Source: Oligoflexales bacterium (GTDB lineage Bacteria; Bdellovibrionota_B; Oligoflexia; Oligoflexales; CAIYRB01). Taken from it: a stretch of 23,071 nt of DNA. The stretch covers positions 1-23,071 of the forward strand of contig JBGSUI010000129.1 in assembly GCA_041736175.1 (NCBI GenBank), written 5' to 3'. The notes beneath the pieces were generated by a model. It made no database searches and was not told the DNA's origin. It was given only the letters and a program-made list of their open reading frames with translations. Shown piece by piece: positions 1 to 8,429 of this stretch (its first letter is position 1; the number at the start of each line of letters is the position of its first letter). A program made the translations under genes and the position numbers.

Positions 1-2
1 CT

Positions 3-245
3 CAAAAAGGTGGGACCAAAGTCGACTTTACACCTACCGATGGCATGCAATATATCCCTGGAACCCAATATGGCAATGAGAGTCTTTTTTACCTTGGGAG
101 TGCCTCCACGGTCGACGATTTAACCATCGTTGGCAATACTAGCTTTCTTTTGAAAATTTGCTCTTTCGATGAGTTTTACACCTATTCAAAATGTACACTT
201 TCCTTGCCTATGACAGCGAGTCCTGTCCAAGACAGCGAAGATTAA
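3..245 (+). CDS. 3' end of a gene truncated by the window edge; hypothetical, possibly a beta-rich extracellular (Fn3-like) domain
   Basis: Frame is open from position 3 (QKGGTKVDFTPTDGMQYIPG...) to TAA at 243-245, so the ATG at 45 is probably internal. The pattern TPTDG..Y...G...FYLGS...D...LKICSFD...YS looks like a beta-sandwich repeat. Convergent with the GT2 gene. Confidence 0.5.
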   Translation, partial: QKGGTKVDFTPTDGMQYIPGTQYGNESLFYLGSASTVDDLTIVGNTSFLLKICSFDEFYTYSKCTLSLPMTASPVQDSED

Positions 246-266
246 CACCTCTAGCCCCATCCAACA

Positions 267-1040
267 TCACGATAACCGGGGCTCAATTTTTGCTGGTTTA
301 TACCGGTAGTCCCCCCGGGAAAGCCACCTTTCAATAAAGCAGTAGAGGACTATAAACAGATACCGAGACCCCATCTCTTTGATCTTGAGCTTGGACTCTC
401 CAGCTTTGCGGTTGATCCAGTCGTTAGGGACTACGGTATAGGTATAGCCCCGGATGATCGCTTTAAGGGGGAGTTCCACCGTAAGGTTAAAGTGGTGGGA
501 GATTAAAGGCCGCAAGCCGACGATACAGGAGCGCCGGTAGAGCTTAAAGGCATTGGTCACATCGTTGTAGCGTAGCCCAAAGACGAGCTGGATAAAAAGA
601 TTGGCCAACCGATTGAGGCCGAGTTTGAGCCAGGGATAATCCACCACCTGGGATTCCTTGGAAAACCGAGTGCCAAACACACAGTCAACCCCCTCCCGGA
701 CCATAACCCGATAGTACCTCACCAGGTCTTCGGGACGATCGGAGGCATCGGCCATATAGACGGCGACGGCATCTCCCTTAAATTGGTCTAGACCGCAGCG
801 GACCGCAAAACCAAAACCATTGGGGGGGGTGTTGTTGATATACCGCAGACACGGCAACTCTTTGACTAAGGTCTGTAGGATCGTCTCGGTTTTATCCCGT
901 GAGTTATCGTTGATCACAAGGATTTCGCAGGGGATCTTTTCGGCCTCCAGGTGCCTACTCAGGGCCCTTAGGGTTTCTTCGATACACTCTGCTTCGTTGT
1001 GGGCTGGAATCACTACGGAGAGCACTAATTGATCACCCAT
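267..1040 (-). CDS. Glycosyltransferase family 2, DPM1/polyprenyl-phosphate glycosyltransferase-like
   Basis: [34 protein letters not shown] (DxD region), [24 protein letters not shown]. Start moved to ATG 1040, which overlaps the upstream stop (ATGGGTGA); 257 aa. Confidence 0.9.
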   Translation of the reverse strand: MGDQLVLSVVIPAHNEAECIEETLRALSRHLEAEKIPCEILVINDNSRDKTETILQTLVKELPCLRYINNTPPNGFGFAVRCGLDQFKGDAVAVYMADASDRPEDLVRYYRVMVREGVDCVFGTRFSKESQVVDYPWLKLGLNRLANLFIQLVFGLRYNDVTNAFKLYRRSCIVGLRPLISHHFNLTVELPLKAIIRGYTYTVVPNDWINRKAGESKLKIKEMGSRYLFIVLYCFIERWLSRGDYRYKPAKIEPRLS

Positions 1041-2097
1041 GTCTTTCAACCGTAGCCTCGATGATTTCTTTGATGATGGTTCGCAAATCGTACCGATAGA
1101 CCCACTTTGGATAGTCTTTTTGAAAAGACCGTACATCGCTGATCCACCAGATATGATCCCCTGAGCGGTTTTGGTCGGAGAGTGTATAAGTCATCCGTTT
1201 GCCGGAGAGCTCCTCAATCAGGTCGATGGCTTCAAGAACCGAGCAGTTGCTGTGGCGGGACCCGCCCATATTATAGACTGCTCCGGGCCTGGGGTTTTGA
1301 TGAAAGTGCCAAAAACTTTGCACTAAATCCAAAGAATGGATATTGTCACGGACTTGTTTACCTCTATATCCAAAGATTGTATAGGGCTTGTTTGTGACTG
1401 CGCATTTGACGAGGTAAGCCAGAAAACCATGGAGCTCTGCTCCCGAGTGGGCTGGGCCGGTGAGGCAGCCGCCGCGAAAGGTCCCTGTTTTAAGGCCAAA
1501 ATACCGACCATACTCCTGGGTCATCACATCCGCAGCAAGCTTGCCCGCGCCAAAGATACTGTGTTTAGATTGATCGACCGACATGGTCTCGTCGATGCCA
1601 TGGGTATAAAATCGGTGCGTAGGATCTACTTCCCAGCGTTTATCCTGTTCGACAAGGGGGAGGAGATTGGGAGTGTCGCCGTAGACCTTGTTAGTGGAGG
1701 TAAAGATAAAGGTCGCTTCAGGGGCCAATTTTCTCGTGTTTTCTAGCATCACCAGAGTGCCTTGGGCATTGACCGAAAAATCCGTATAGGGCTCCTTAGC
1801 AGCCCAGTCATGGCTGGGTTGGGCGGCGCAGTGGACCACGATAGTAATGTCTTTACCATACTGGGAAAAGATCTTGCTTATGGAACGATCTTCGCGGATA
1901 TCAGCTTCTAGGTGGCTAAAGTTTTTGAGGGTTCTGGTGAGTTCTTTGGTGTTCCAATCAATCGAGCCATCGGGTCCAAAAAAATACTGACGCAAATTGT
2001 TGTCGATACCGACCACTTTAAGTCCCTGCTCGTGGAGAAACTTAACGGTTTCGCTCCCAATCAGGCCCGAAGACCCTGTCACAATGGCTATCGACAT
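1033..2097 (-). CDS. NAD-dependent epimerase/dehydratase (extended SDR), CDP-paratose/tyvelose 2-epimerase-like
   Basis: TGSSGLIG Rossmann motif, [32 protein letters not shown]. The catalytic position reads FxxxK (SIFGAGK). GAGGAG RBS upstream. Confidence 0.88.
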   Translation of the reverse strand: MSIAIVTGSSGLIGSETVKFLHEQGLKVVGIDNNLRQYFFGPDGSIDWNTKELTRTLKNFSHLEADIREDRSISKIFSQYGKDITIVVHCAAQPSHDWAAKEPYTDFSVNAQGTLVMLENTRKLAPEATFIFTSTNKVYGDTPNLLPLVEQDKRWEVDPTHRFYTHGIDETMSVDQSKHSIFGAGKLAADVMTQEYGRYFGLKTGTFRGGCLTGPAHSGAELHGFLAYLVKCAVTNKPYTIFGYRGKQVRDNIHSLDLVQSFWHFHQNPRPGAVYNMGGSRHSNCSVLEAIDLIEELSGKRMTYTLSDQNRSGDHIWWISDVRSFQKDYPKWVYRYDLRTIIKEIIEATVERHG

Positions 2098-2121
2098 AGA
2101 AAAGGCACTCCTCAGTTAGGG

Positions 2122-3195
2122 CTATGGTCCACCAAAAATCGGTCTTAACATCGATTCGTTTGCTGCAATCCAATCTGCAATATCGTCCACGATACTCTTT
2201 ACGGTAAATTCTGGCTGCCACCCAAAGTCTGACGCGACTTTAGAATTGTCGGTCACATAATAGGGAACGTCCATGGCCGGAGTCTCTTTAACCAAGCTAA
2301 TATTTGTTTGTCTCCCGGTAGCCACTTGAGCCAGTGTTGTCAGCTCAAGAAGCGACGTAGAAGCTCCCTGTCCACCGCCGACGTTATAGACGACGCCACT
2401 CACCGCGGCGGCCTTTTCCAGTTGTTTTTCCAATAGCCTAAAAAGGTCCCTCGGGTGGAGAAGGTCGCGGACCTGCTTGCCATGTCCGTTGTAGCCAATA
2501 TATTTAAGCGGCTGGCCAAAATGGTGGTTTGCGACCCACATGGTAAACACTCCTTGGTCGACCTTGCCAAATTGGCCCCGCCCAGCGATAACCCCACACC
2601 GGTTGATGATGATCTTAAGATTGTAGGTATGGGCGTACTCCTGGGCTATCTGCTCCGAAGAGAGTTTGGTGGCACCGTAGAGGGAGCGGGCGGTGTTGGT
2701 GGGGAATTCTTCGTTGATGCCTCGATGGGTCACACCGACCGACTGGGGTCCAATGGTGTCGAGGACCAGCCGGGTGGGGGTCTCTAGGAGAGGTATCGCC
2801 CTAAGGGGGGCTAGGGAGTAAACCCGTGAGGTGGACATAAAGATCGAGCGATCAACCCGTTTTCTGGCAAATTCGAGACAGTTAAGGGTTCCTATAAGGT
2901 TGGTCTCGATCACGTAGTTAGGGCTACCGCCGACGCCAGCATGGACACTGGGTTCTGCCGACCCCTCGATCAGGACATCAAAATTGCCGGTGAGGTCCTC
3001 AAGGTCCCTTGGGTTTCTCACATCACCATGGACAAAGCCAATCCCTAACTCTTTAAACTTAATCAGGTTTATCTCGCTGCCACGGCGCTTGAGGTTGTCA
3101 AAACAGATGATTTGAGCCGTAGGGTAGGTGGTTTTAAAGAGCGTTGCTAGAGACGAACCCACAAACCCTGCTCCACCGGTGATAAGGATGCGCAC
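2122..3195 (-). CDS. NAD-dependent epimerase/dehydratase (extended SDR), tyvelose-epimerase-like paralog
   Basis: TGGAGFVG, FDNLKRRGS, FMSTSRVY, canonical YxxxK (SLYGATK), GKQVRDLLH. Start moved to GTG 3195 with AGGAG 5 nt upstream. Confidence 0.88.
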   Translation of the reverse strand: MRILITGGAGFVGSSLATLFKTTYPTAQIICFDNLKRRGSEINLIKFKELGIGFVHGDVRNPRDLEDLTGNFDVLIEGSAEPSVHAGVGGSPNYVIETNLIGTLNCLEFARKRVDRSIFMSTSRVYSLAPLRAIPLLETPTRLVLDTIGPQSVGVTHRGINEEFPTNTARSLYGATKLSSEQIAQEYAHTYNLKIIINRCGVIAGRGQFGKVDQGVFTMWVANHHFGQPLKYIGYNGHGKQVRDLLHPRDLFRLLEKQLEKAAAVSGVVYNVGGGQGASTSLLELTTLAQVATGRQTNISLVKETPAMDVPYYVTDNSKVASDFGWQPEFTVKSIVDDIADWIAANESMLRPIFGGP

Positions 3196-3343
3196 ATGGA
3201 CTCCTATGCAGGTAGAATTCACTAAGAATTGAGGAATATTACAAAGGTAGCGGGGGATGCAACAGATTTTACCTCCCTTAAGGGCACTAAACAGGCGTGT
3301 TGACTTATTCTCATCTAAAAATTATTAAATTATAAAAATTAAA

Positions 3344-3372
3344 TTGATTTTTTATAAATATAATTGTAAATT
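3344..3372 (+). promoter_or_regulatory. Candidate sigma70 promoter for the lipoprotein gene
   Basis: TTGATT (3344-3349), 17-nt spacer, TAAATT (3367-3372), inside a very AT-rich divergent intergenic stretch (about 3310-3385) where chance matches are easy. Confidence 0.35.
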
Positions 3373-3450
3373 AATATTGTTTACCATGACCCTGGTCCTA
3401 AGGGTCTCCTACCTCCTCCTGATGATGAAACCACTCTCCCGGAAGTACCC

Positions 3451-4653
3451 ATGAAGTCACCTCGCAAGCTCCACCTGCCCCTTCTCGTCCTCAACGGAAT
3501 CTTAACCATTGTCGTAACCTCCTGCGGCGGAACCACCCGTCAGGGCAGCGGCCTATCGGCCACCCCCGTCCCGGTAACTACGAAGTCCTCCGCAGCAAAA
3601 CCAAATTGTTACGGGACCTCCCTTAAAATCTGTGATTTTCCAGGCCAATACCATCTTGATGAGGCGATTTCTTTGGTCTTGAAAAATATTCAAGACTCAA
3701 AGCTCTCAGGCGTCCCCAGCGACTCACTCCATGGGGCCCAAGTGGCTTGCGCTGAAGTAGCCTATCCCGGAAGCGAAAAGGCCATCATGGATGACTCCGC
3801 CCACCGGGGGACCTTTATCTGTCTGTTTAATAACTCCTACTCCATGAATATGTCCCTTAATCGGCTCAGCACCTTTATCGAAGACTTTGAGGTCGCAGAC
3901 GCCACCCTTGGCTACGATGATGGGATATGGGCCAAAAAGCAGGCTACCGAAAAAACCATGGGCCATAACCTTGAGTCCCCCGATATCAAACGCTACGTGA
4001 GCGAAACAAAACACTACATCGAGAAAAGAGCAAAGAGCACGGACCTAGGAACCTCAGTCGAATCCGAGTTTCTCTCTGGTTTTATCCTACCTAAAATCGA
4101 CGAGACCACGGGCAAACCTAAGTCGGTGATCCTGGGGGTTCCCCTCCCTGAGGCGGCCACCACCCCTGATCCCGAAGCCCAGCTCACGGCGGTTTTAGGC
4201 CACGAGATCTTCCATGCCCTGTATTTTCATAGCAACAAGCTCCAATCTCTGGCCAAAAACTTTATCGACAACCTAGGAGCTGACGATCGTAAGCTCCTGA
4301 CCCAACGCCTTAGTCAAAAAGGCTATGCTGTGACCAATAGCGATGGTACCCCACCATCCCCAAAACAAACCTATATGTTTTACAACGAGACCGTGGCCTA
4401 TCTCTTAGAATCTGGAGCTTGTTCGGACGGAGCTTTTGTGAGTTATGTTGATAGTGACGCCGAAGAACCCCATGAAGTCATCCCACAAACCGCCCCTCTT
4501 GTGGTCGATCACGCGGCTAATCTCAGAAAGATTTTGGTTTCACAGGGTACCATCAGCCAATCATGGGCTGACCAATGGAGCCCAGATCTCACCAAAAAAA
4601 TCGGATGCAAGAAGATCCAATGGATGCTATCAAACGAATCAATATCGCCCTAG
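3451..4653 (+). CDS. Putative lipoprotein with HEXXH zinc-metallopeptidase motif (gluzincin-like)
   Basis: Basic N-terminus, hydrophobic stretch and VTS-C25 lipobox-like site, followed by a G/S/T/P linker. GHEIFHALY (HEIFH at 4201-4215), downstream YNETVAY, and several further Cys. Confidence 0.65.
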   Translation: MKSPRKLHLPLLVLNGILTIVVTSCGGTTRQGSGLSATPVPVTTKSSAAKPNCYGTSLKICDFPGQYHLDEAISLVLKNIQDSKLSGVPSDSLHGAQVACAEVAYPGSEKAIMDDSAHRGTFICLFNNSYSMNMSLNRLSTFIEDFEVADATLGYDDGIWAKKQATEKTMGHNLESPDIKRYVSETKHYIEKRAKSTDLGTSVESEFLSGFILPKIDETTGKPKSVILGVPLPEAATTPDPEAQLTAVLGHEIFHALYFHSNKLQSLAKNFIDNLGADDRKLLTQRLSQKGYAVTNSDGTPPSPKQTYMFYNETVAYLLESGACSDGAFVSYVDSDAEEPHEVIPQTAPLVVDHAANLRKILVSQGTISQSWADQWSPDLTKKIGCKKIQWMLSNESISP

Positions 4654-4731
4654 ACCTTGATAAGGGACACGGCGCTTGTGCTAGGGCATGGACGCTTAGA
4701 GGATTGTGGGTAGATCGGATCTTTCCAAGAG

Positions 4732-5259
4732 CTACTTAGCTGCCGCAATGATCGGCGTGCGATACGCAGTTGACGTGCTCTTTATAGCCGGTTTTTTTTG
4801 TACCCTGCCAGCTGCCTGTTTTGGCAGATAGACCGTAACCAGAAGATCATCGAGATCGCTGAAGTATTTTTCGACAAGTAGTTTCACGTCACTCCAATAA
4901 AGGCCACCGTTCCCGCATCCGACAGGGGGTATGGCCAGTGTACTGATACCAAGGCGCTCATAGTTTTCCCTGATCCAGCGCAGGCCCTGGTCGATCCATT
5001 CCATCTTGGAATCGCCGCGCCAGTGGTTCTTGCTGGGGAAGTTCAGCACCGTTTGCATGCCATTCTCCCAAATATACGGTACACCTGGCTTGACTTCTTT
5101 GCGATCACAGCGCTGCTTGTAGTCGTCGAACATCTCAGGAAACCGATGCTTGAATTCAAGGGCAATGCCTTTACCCATCACGCCATAGCAGTTCACGGTG
5201 TTGGTGATAACCTGCGACTGAGATTCGAAAATTGACTGATTTGGGCGGTATGTGATCAT
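4732..5259 (-). CDS. darG: DarG-type macrodomain antitoxin (DNA ADP-ribosyl glycohydrolase), macrodomain only
   Basis: NTVNCYGVMGKGIALEFK, NFPSKNHWR (DarG NFPTK catalytic Lys), AIPPVGCGNGGL. ATGA overlap with darT at 5256-5259; 175 aa. Confidence 0.88.
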   Translation of the reverse strand: MITYRPNQSIFESQSQVITNTVNCYGVMGKGIALEFKHRFPEMFDDYKQRCDRKEVKPGVPYIWENGMQTVLNFPSKNHWRGDSKMEWIDQGLRWIRENYERLGISTLAIPPVGCGNGGLYWSDVKLLVEKYFSDLDDLLVTVYLPKQAAGRVQKKPAIKSTSTAYRTPIIAAAK

Positions 5260-5933
5260 GTGAAGAAGCTCCCTTCTTCTGGCTGTATGTTGTCAGTAAA
5301 GTACCAACCAGGCTTTATTTGGCATTTAAAATGCTGGCGATTAAACGGCTGAACAATCTTCTCAACCCCGGCTATTGTAGCCTGGTCGATGGCAGATATG
5401 TATATCAGAAAATCTAACGGGAGTCTGCCCGGAACCAATAATTCAGCAGACTTTCTACGGCCTAATTCAGGATTACCGGCGTAGCGGGTAGAGTACAGGG
5501 CAGTCTTGTTGAGTATGCCAAAATCTTCAATGGAATTAAGGCTTTTCAAAATAGATGTCTCGGCAGAGGCGTTGCCGTCGGAAATAACAATGCCAGAAAT
5601 ACTTCGGATGATCTGGTCCATACCAAAAGTCAGGTAAACCCAATCGTAATTTCGGTCCTGTCGTTTCGCTGCCATTGGGGTTTTGTATGAGTAATATAAT
5701 GGTACATACTCGTGCAGAGGCAGACCGCAAGACGTCATCCTTTGGGCGCGACGCTGCTGAACTTTATCCATAGAAAGATCATCGTAATTGATAGCACGCC
5801 TTTTAATCTCAGCATAAGGCAGAAGAGCGCCTTCTGCAAAAATATTGCCAAGGTTCTGAATGGATGTCATGTGATGAGCCATGGGCTGCATCTCGTAGAG
5901 ATCGATAAACTGCTGTCGCGTGAAGTTCAGCAA
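5256..5933 (-). CDS. darT: DarT (DUF4433) DNA ADP-ribosyltransferase toxin, DarT2 type
   Basis: HMTSIQNLGNIFAEGALL, VQQRRA, LHEYVPLYYSYKTPM, SDGNA, RRKSAELLV (catalytic Glu), C-terminal PGWYF. TTG start with AGGAG RBS 6 nt upstream; directly followed by the macrodomain gene. Confidence 0.88.
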   Translation of the reverse strand: MLNFTRQQFIDLYEMQPMAHHMTSIQNLGNIFAEGALLPYAEIKRRAINYDDLSMDKVQQRRAQRMTSCGLPLHEYVPLYYSYKTPMAAKRQDRNYDWVYLTFGMDQIIRSISGIVISDGNASAETSILKSLNSIEDFGILNKTALYSTRYAGNPELGRRKSAELLVPGRLPLDFLIYISAIDQATIAGVEKIVQPFNRQHFKCQIKPGWYFTDNIQPEEGSFFT

Positions 5934-5961
5934 ATACTACTCCTGCAGATGCGATTAATAC

Positions 5962-5989
5962 AATTTAAGCCCCCAAACTTGCTGTTCAA
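5962..5989 (-). promoter_or_regulatory. Candidate sigma70 promoter of darTG
   Basis: Minus strand TTGAAC, 16-nt spacer, TAAATT, ending about 28 nt before the darT TTG start. Confidence 0.35.
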
Positions 5990-6038
5990 TTTTTCAAGCT
6001 CCACTTTTTCGAAAAGATGTAGCGCGCCGTAGTTGTTG

Positions 6039-7361
6039 TTATCCCGAAACAAAGGATTTATAGAGAGCCCGTAGGGATTTTTCGTAGTCCTCTGGCATGA
6101 CGCCGATGATGATATTGAGTTCGCTTGCTCCTTGGTTGATCAAGCGAACATTGACGTTAGCCTCTTTGAGAGCGGTAAAGACCTTTGCTGCAATCCCGAT
6201 GGTCTGAGCCATACCTTCGCCCACCACCGCGATCAAGGCTATTTGGGGCTCAAGCACCACCCGGTCAGGTTTTAAGGTGGCTTTGATTTCTGCCAGGATC
6301 GTTTCGGATTTGCCCTCCAGCTGGGAGGCATCGAGGACGACACTCATACTGTCGATCGCCGAAGGACAGTGTTCAAAACTCACCTGATGGTGTACAAAGA
6401 TTCCAAAAAGTCGGTGGGCAAACCCGATCTCTTTGTTCATCAGGTTTTTTTCGATGGTGATCATAACGAAGTTTTTTTTGCCCGCAATCCCGGCGATCTC
6501 CGTGGATTTTTCCACGTCGGGGCTGAGTTTGTGGACGATCCGCGTGCCAGGATGGTCAGGGGCATTGGTGTTTTTGATCCAGATGGGGATACCCACTTCG
6601 CGGACAGGGGCGATGGCCTCGTCGTGGAGCACCGTAGCCCCCATATAGGAAAGCTCGCGTATCTCCGCATAGGTGGCTTCTTCCATGGGCTTTGCATCAG
6701 GTACAATCCGCGGGTCTGCCATCAGTAGCCCTGATACGTCCGTCCAGTTTTCGTAGAGTTCAGCACCCGCAGCGCGGGCAACGATCGCCCCCGAAATATC
6801 TGAGCCTCCCCGTGAGAATGTCTTAATCTGGCCCTGCTCGTCATGACCATAAAAACCCGGAATCACATACCGACGATCCTGGTGGATCAGACGATTTCCT
6901 AGAATAGCGTAGGTCTTAGGATGAACTCCGCCATTAGCCGTGACCAGCACATATTCCTGGGGGTCGATAAACTCGGCATTGAGGTAGGCTGCCATGATGA
7001 GCCCGTTAAGATACTCGCCCCGGGATGCCACATGATCTTGGCTCAACCCCTGTTTGAGGGCTGAAGCCAAAAGTCCCAGGTGGTGCTCCATATTGGCCGA
7101 GACCCCAAGCTCCCGTTCGATCCCGAGGAAACGCTCGCTTACCCGAGCAAACACCGGAGCAAAGTCACTCCCGGCTGCGGCATGGCGCTGGCATAGATAG
7201 AGGAGGTCCGTAAGCTTGACATCGTCGGGGGTCCGTTTGCCAGGTGCGGATGGCACCACAATGGATCTGCGAGGATCGGACTCTAAGATGCGGCGTACTT
7301 TTTTAAACTGATTGGCATCGGCTAAACTCGTACCACCAAACTTGCTGACGATTCGTGACAT
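6039..7361 (-). CDS. lysC: Aspartate kinase (monofunctional, AKIII/YclM-like, two ACT domains)
   Basis: KFGGTS, VVPSAPGKR, SRGEYL, TFSRGGSDISG, WTDVSG, DPRIV, ELSYMGATVLH, and C-terminal ACT repeats (IAVVGEGM, INQGASE). Confidence 0.93.
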   Translation of the reverse strand: MSRIVSKFGGTSLADANQFKKVRRILESDPRRSIVVPSAPGKRTPDDVKLTDLLYLCQRHAAAGSDFAPVFARVSERFLGIERELGVSANMEHHLGLLASALKQGLSQDHVASRGEYLNGLIMAAYLNAEFIDPQEYVLVTANGGVHPKTYAILGNRLIHQDRRYVIPGFYGHDEQGQIKTFSRGGSDISGAIVARAAGAELYENWTDVSGLLMADPRIVPDAKPMEEATYAEIRELSYMGATVLHDEAIAPVREVGIPIWIKNTNAPDHPGTRIVHKLSPDVEKSTEIAGIAGKKNFVMITIEKNLMNKEIGFAHRLFGIFVHHQVSFEHCPSAIDSMSVVLDASQLEGKSETILAEIKATLKPDRVVLEPQIALIAVVGEGMAQTIGIAAKVFTALKEANVNVRLINQGASELNIIIGVMPEDYEKSLRALYKSFVSG

Positions 7362-7484
7362 TTTTTACCTTTGGCCCCCAAAAAAGGCCCAGTCATGCAC
7401 TGCCATGCTCAGGAACACACAAAAGAGGCGCTTATTTTTAGGGAAAACGCCGCTCTTAGCAAGGGGAATCATCAGAATCATCAA

Positions 7485-7515
7485 GGCCCTGAAAGAACCA
7501 AGATATTTCAGGGCC
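7485..7515 (-). terminator. Hairpin just downstream of the DUF883 gene, possible intrinsic terminator
   Basis: Perfect 10-bp inverted repeat GGCCCTGAAA (7485-7494) / TTTCAGGGCC (7506-7515) with an 11-nt loop, 9 nt after the stop codon. The U-tract is weak. Confidence 0.5.
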
Positions 7516-7524
7516 ATCATCCCG

Positions 7525-7863
7525 TCACATGGGTTGGTCTAGTGGAGTATCCCGCGAGAGGATCTTACCGAGGATAAAGCCTATGCCAAAGGCGCCACCG
7601 ATATAAAAGTAAGGCTGACTTTTGACGGATTTATGGGCAGCGCGGCCTATTTTTTCGGTTTTTTTCCAAAGCAGCTGCCGTTGTTGATCGAGATGGTCGA
7701 CCTGGTCTAAGAGGGTGTGCTGGATTTCGTTGCCGACCACTTCGGCCTTTTCCAGACCTGCTGCCCTAAGATGCTTGGTAAGTTTTACAACGTCCTCGAT
7801 CACTTTGGTCGCTTCCTGGCGAATCACGTCATTTTGTTTCTTAAGATGTTGTTGGGTGTTCAT
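7525..7863 (-). CDS. DUF883/ElaB/YqjD-like tail-anchored protein
   Basis: Helical charged N-terminus and C-terminal VKSQPYFYIGGAFGIGFILGKILSR, matching the V..P...G.A.G.G..LG.L..R tail anchor. GGAGG RBS. Confidence 0.75.
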   Translation of the reverse strand: MNTQQHLKKQNDVIRQEATKVIEDVVKLTKHLRAAGLEKAEVVGNEIQHTLLDQVDHLDQQRQLLWKKTEKIGRAAHKSVKSQPYFYIGGAFGIGFILGKILSRDTPLDQPM

Positions 7864-7923
7864 AAATGATTTTCCTCCAAAAATGGTGGTGTTTAACTCG
7901 ATCAGTTAGGTTTGATCCTGCTG

Positions 7924-8358
7924 CTAGTGCAGGAGTTTTTCTTTGATGGCTTCGTAGGCATCCGTAAGACGCTGCAAAGCAACCTTTGCGTCCGCATTGG
8001 CCTCCTGACCCAAGTCTCGCAAACTCTGCTCGGTCCTCTCAATGCGGTGGCGGAGATCCCCAAGGGCTTCCTTCGCATCGGCCTTGCCAAAGTAGAGCTC
8101 GATCCGCCCTTCTTCCAGGGCAGCCCGTGGCTTTGCTTGGACTTCCTTGAGCCGCCCGATCACTTTGAGTAGATCAGCTTTACGTTTGGTCCAAAACTCT
8201 TCGGCTTCAAGGAGTCCCAAGTGGGTTTTAAGCTGCGCAGTTCCGACAACCGTTTCTGCTTTTTGGCTAAAAGCCCGCAGCTTATCGTCGACGTCATCAA
8301 GGAACAGTTCAAGATTTGCAAAACCACTTTTATTTTGGTTTGTCTTTAATGATTCCAT
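7924..8358 (-). CDS. Hypothetical helical/coiled-coil protein with a duplicated LG..EA-type motif
   Basis: Start moved to ATG 8358 (GGGGAGA RBS), downstream of the sigma54 promoter; 144 aa. Internal repeat QLKTHLGLLEAEEFW / RIELYFGKADAKEAL. Confidence 0.7.
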   Translation of the reverse strand: MESLKTNQNKSGFANLELFLDDVDDKLRAFSQKAETVVGTAQLKTHLGLLEAEEFWTKRKADLLKVIGRLKEVQAKPRAALEEGRIELYFGKADAKEALGDLRHRIERTEQSLRDLGQEANADAKVALQRLTDAYEAIKEKLLH

Positions 8359-8412
8359 AAAATCTCCCCAGTCATTAGTCCTGCAAGATAGAGAGCGCGC
8401 ACTGCTCCTCAA

Positions 8413-8429
8413 AGCAAGGTCTATGCCAA
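8413..8429 (-). promoter_or_regulatory. Sigma54 (RpoN) -24/-12 promoter
   Basis: Minus strand TTGGCATAGACCTTGCT, with exact GG-N10-GC spacing and a near-consensus TGGCAC-N5-TTGCW, 54 nt upstream of ATG 8358. Confidence 0.75.

Noticed and set aside
1041..1136. Longer GT2 start from the ORF track
   Set aside because: It lies wholly inside the SDR gene; ATG 1040 gives a typical coupled overlap just before the first GT2 strand.
5256..5933. DarT1 (guanine-modifying) assignment because of the SDGNA Asn
   Set aside because: The RR and HEYVPLYY motifs and the macrodomain (not NADAR) partner fit DarT2.
4669..6030. Inverted 7-mers ACGGCGC / GCGCCGT flanking darTG as mobile-element ends
   Set aside because: Too short, not extendable, and without a target duplication; expected by chance.
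7466..7483. GAATCATCA x2 tandem repeat as a CRISPR or regulatory array
   Set aside because: Only two 9-bp units with no spacers; likely slippage or chance.
7362..7524. Lysine riboswitch upstream of lysC
   Set aside because: Only 163 nt are available, partly occupied by the upstream gene's hairpin, and no AGAGGUGC-like core or multi-stem architecture is visible.
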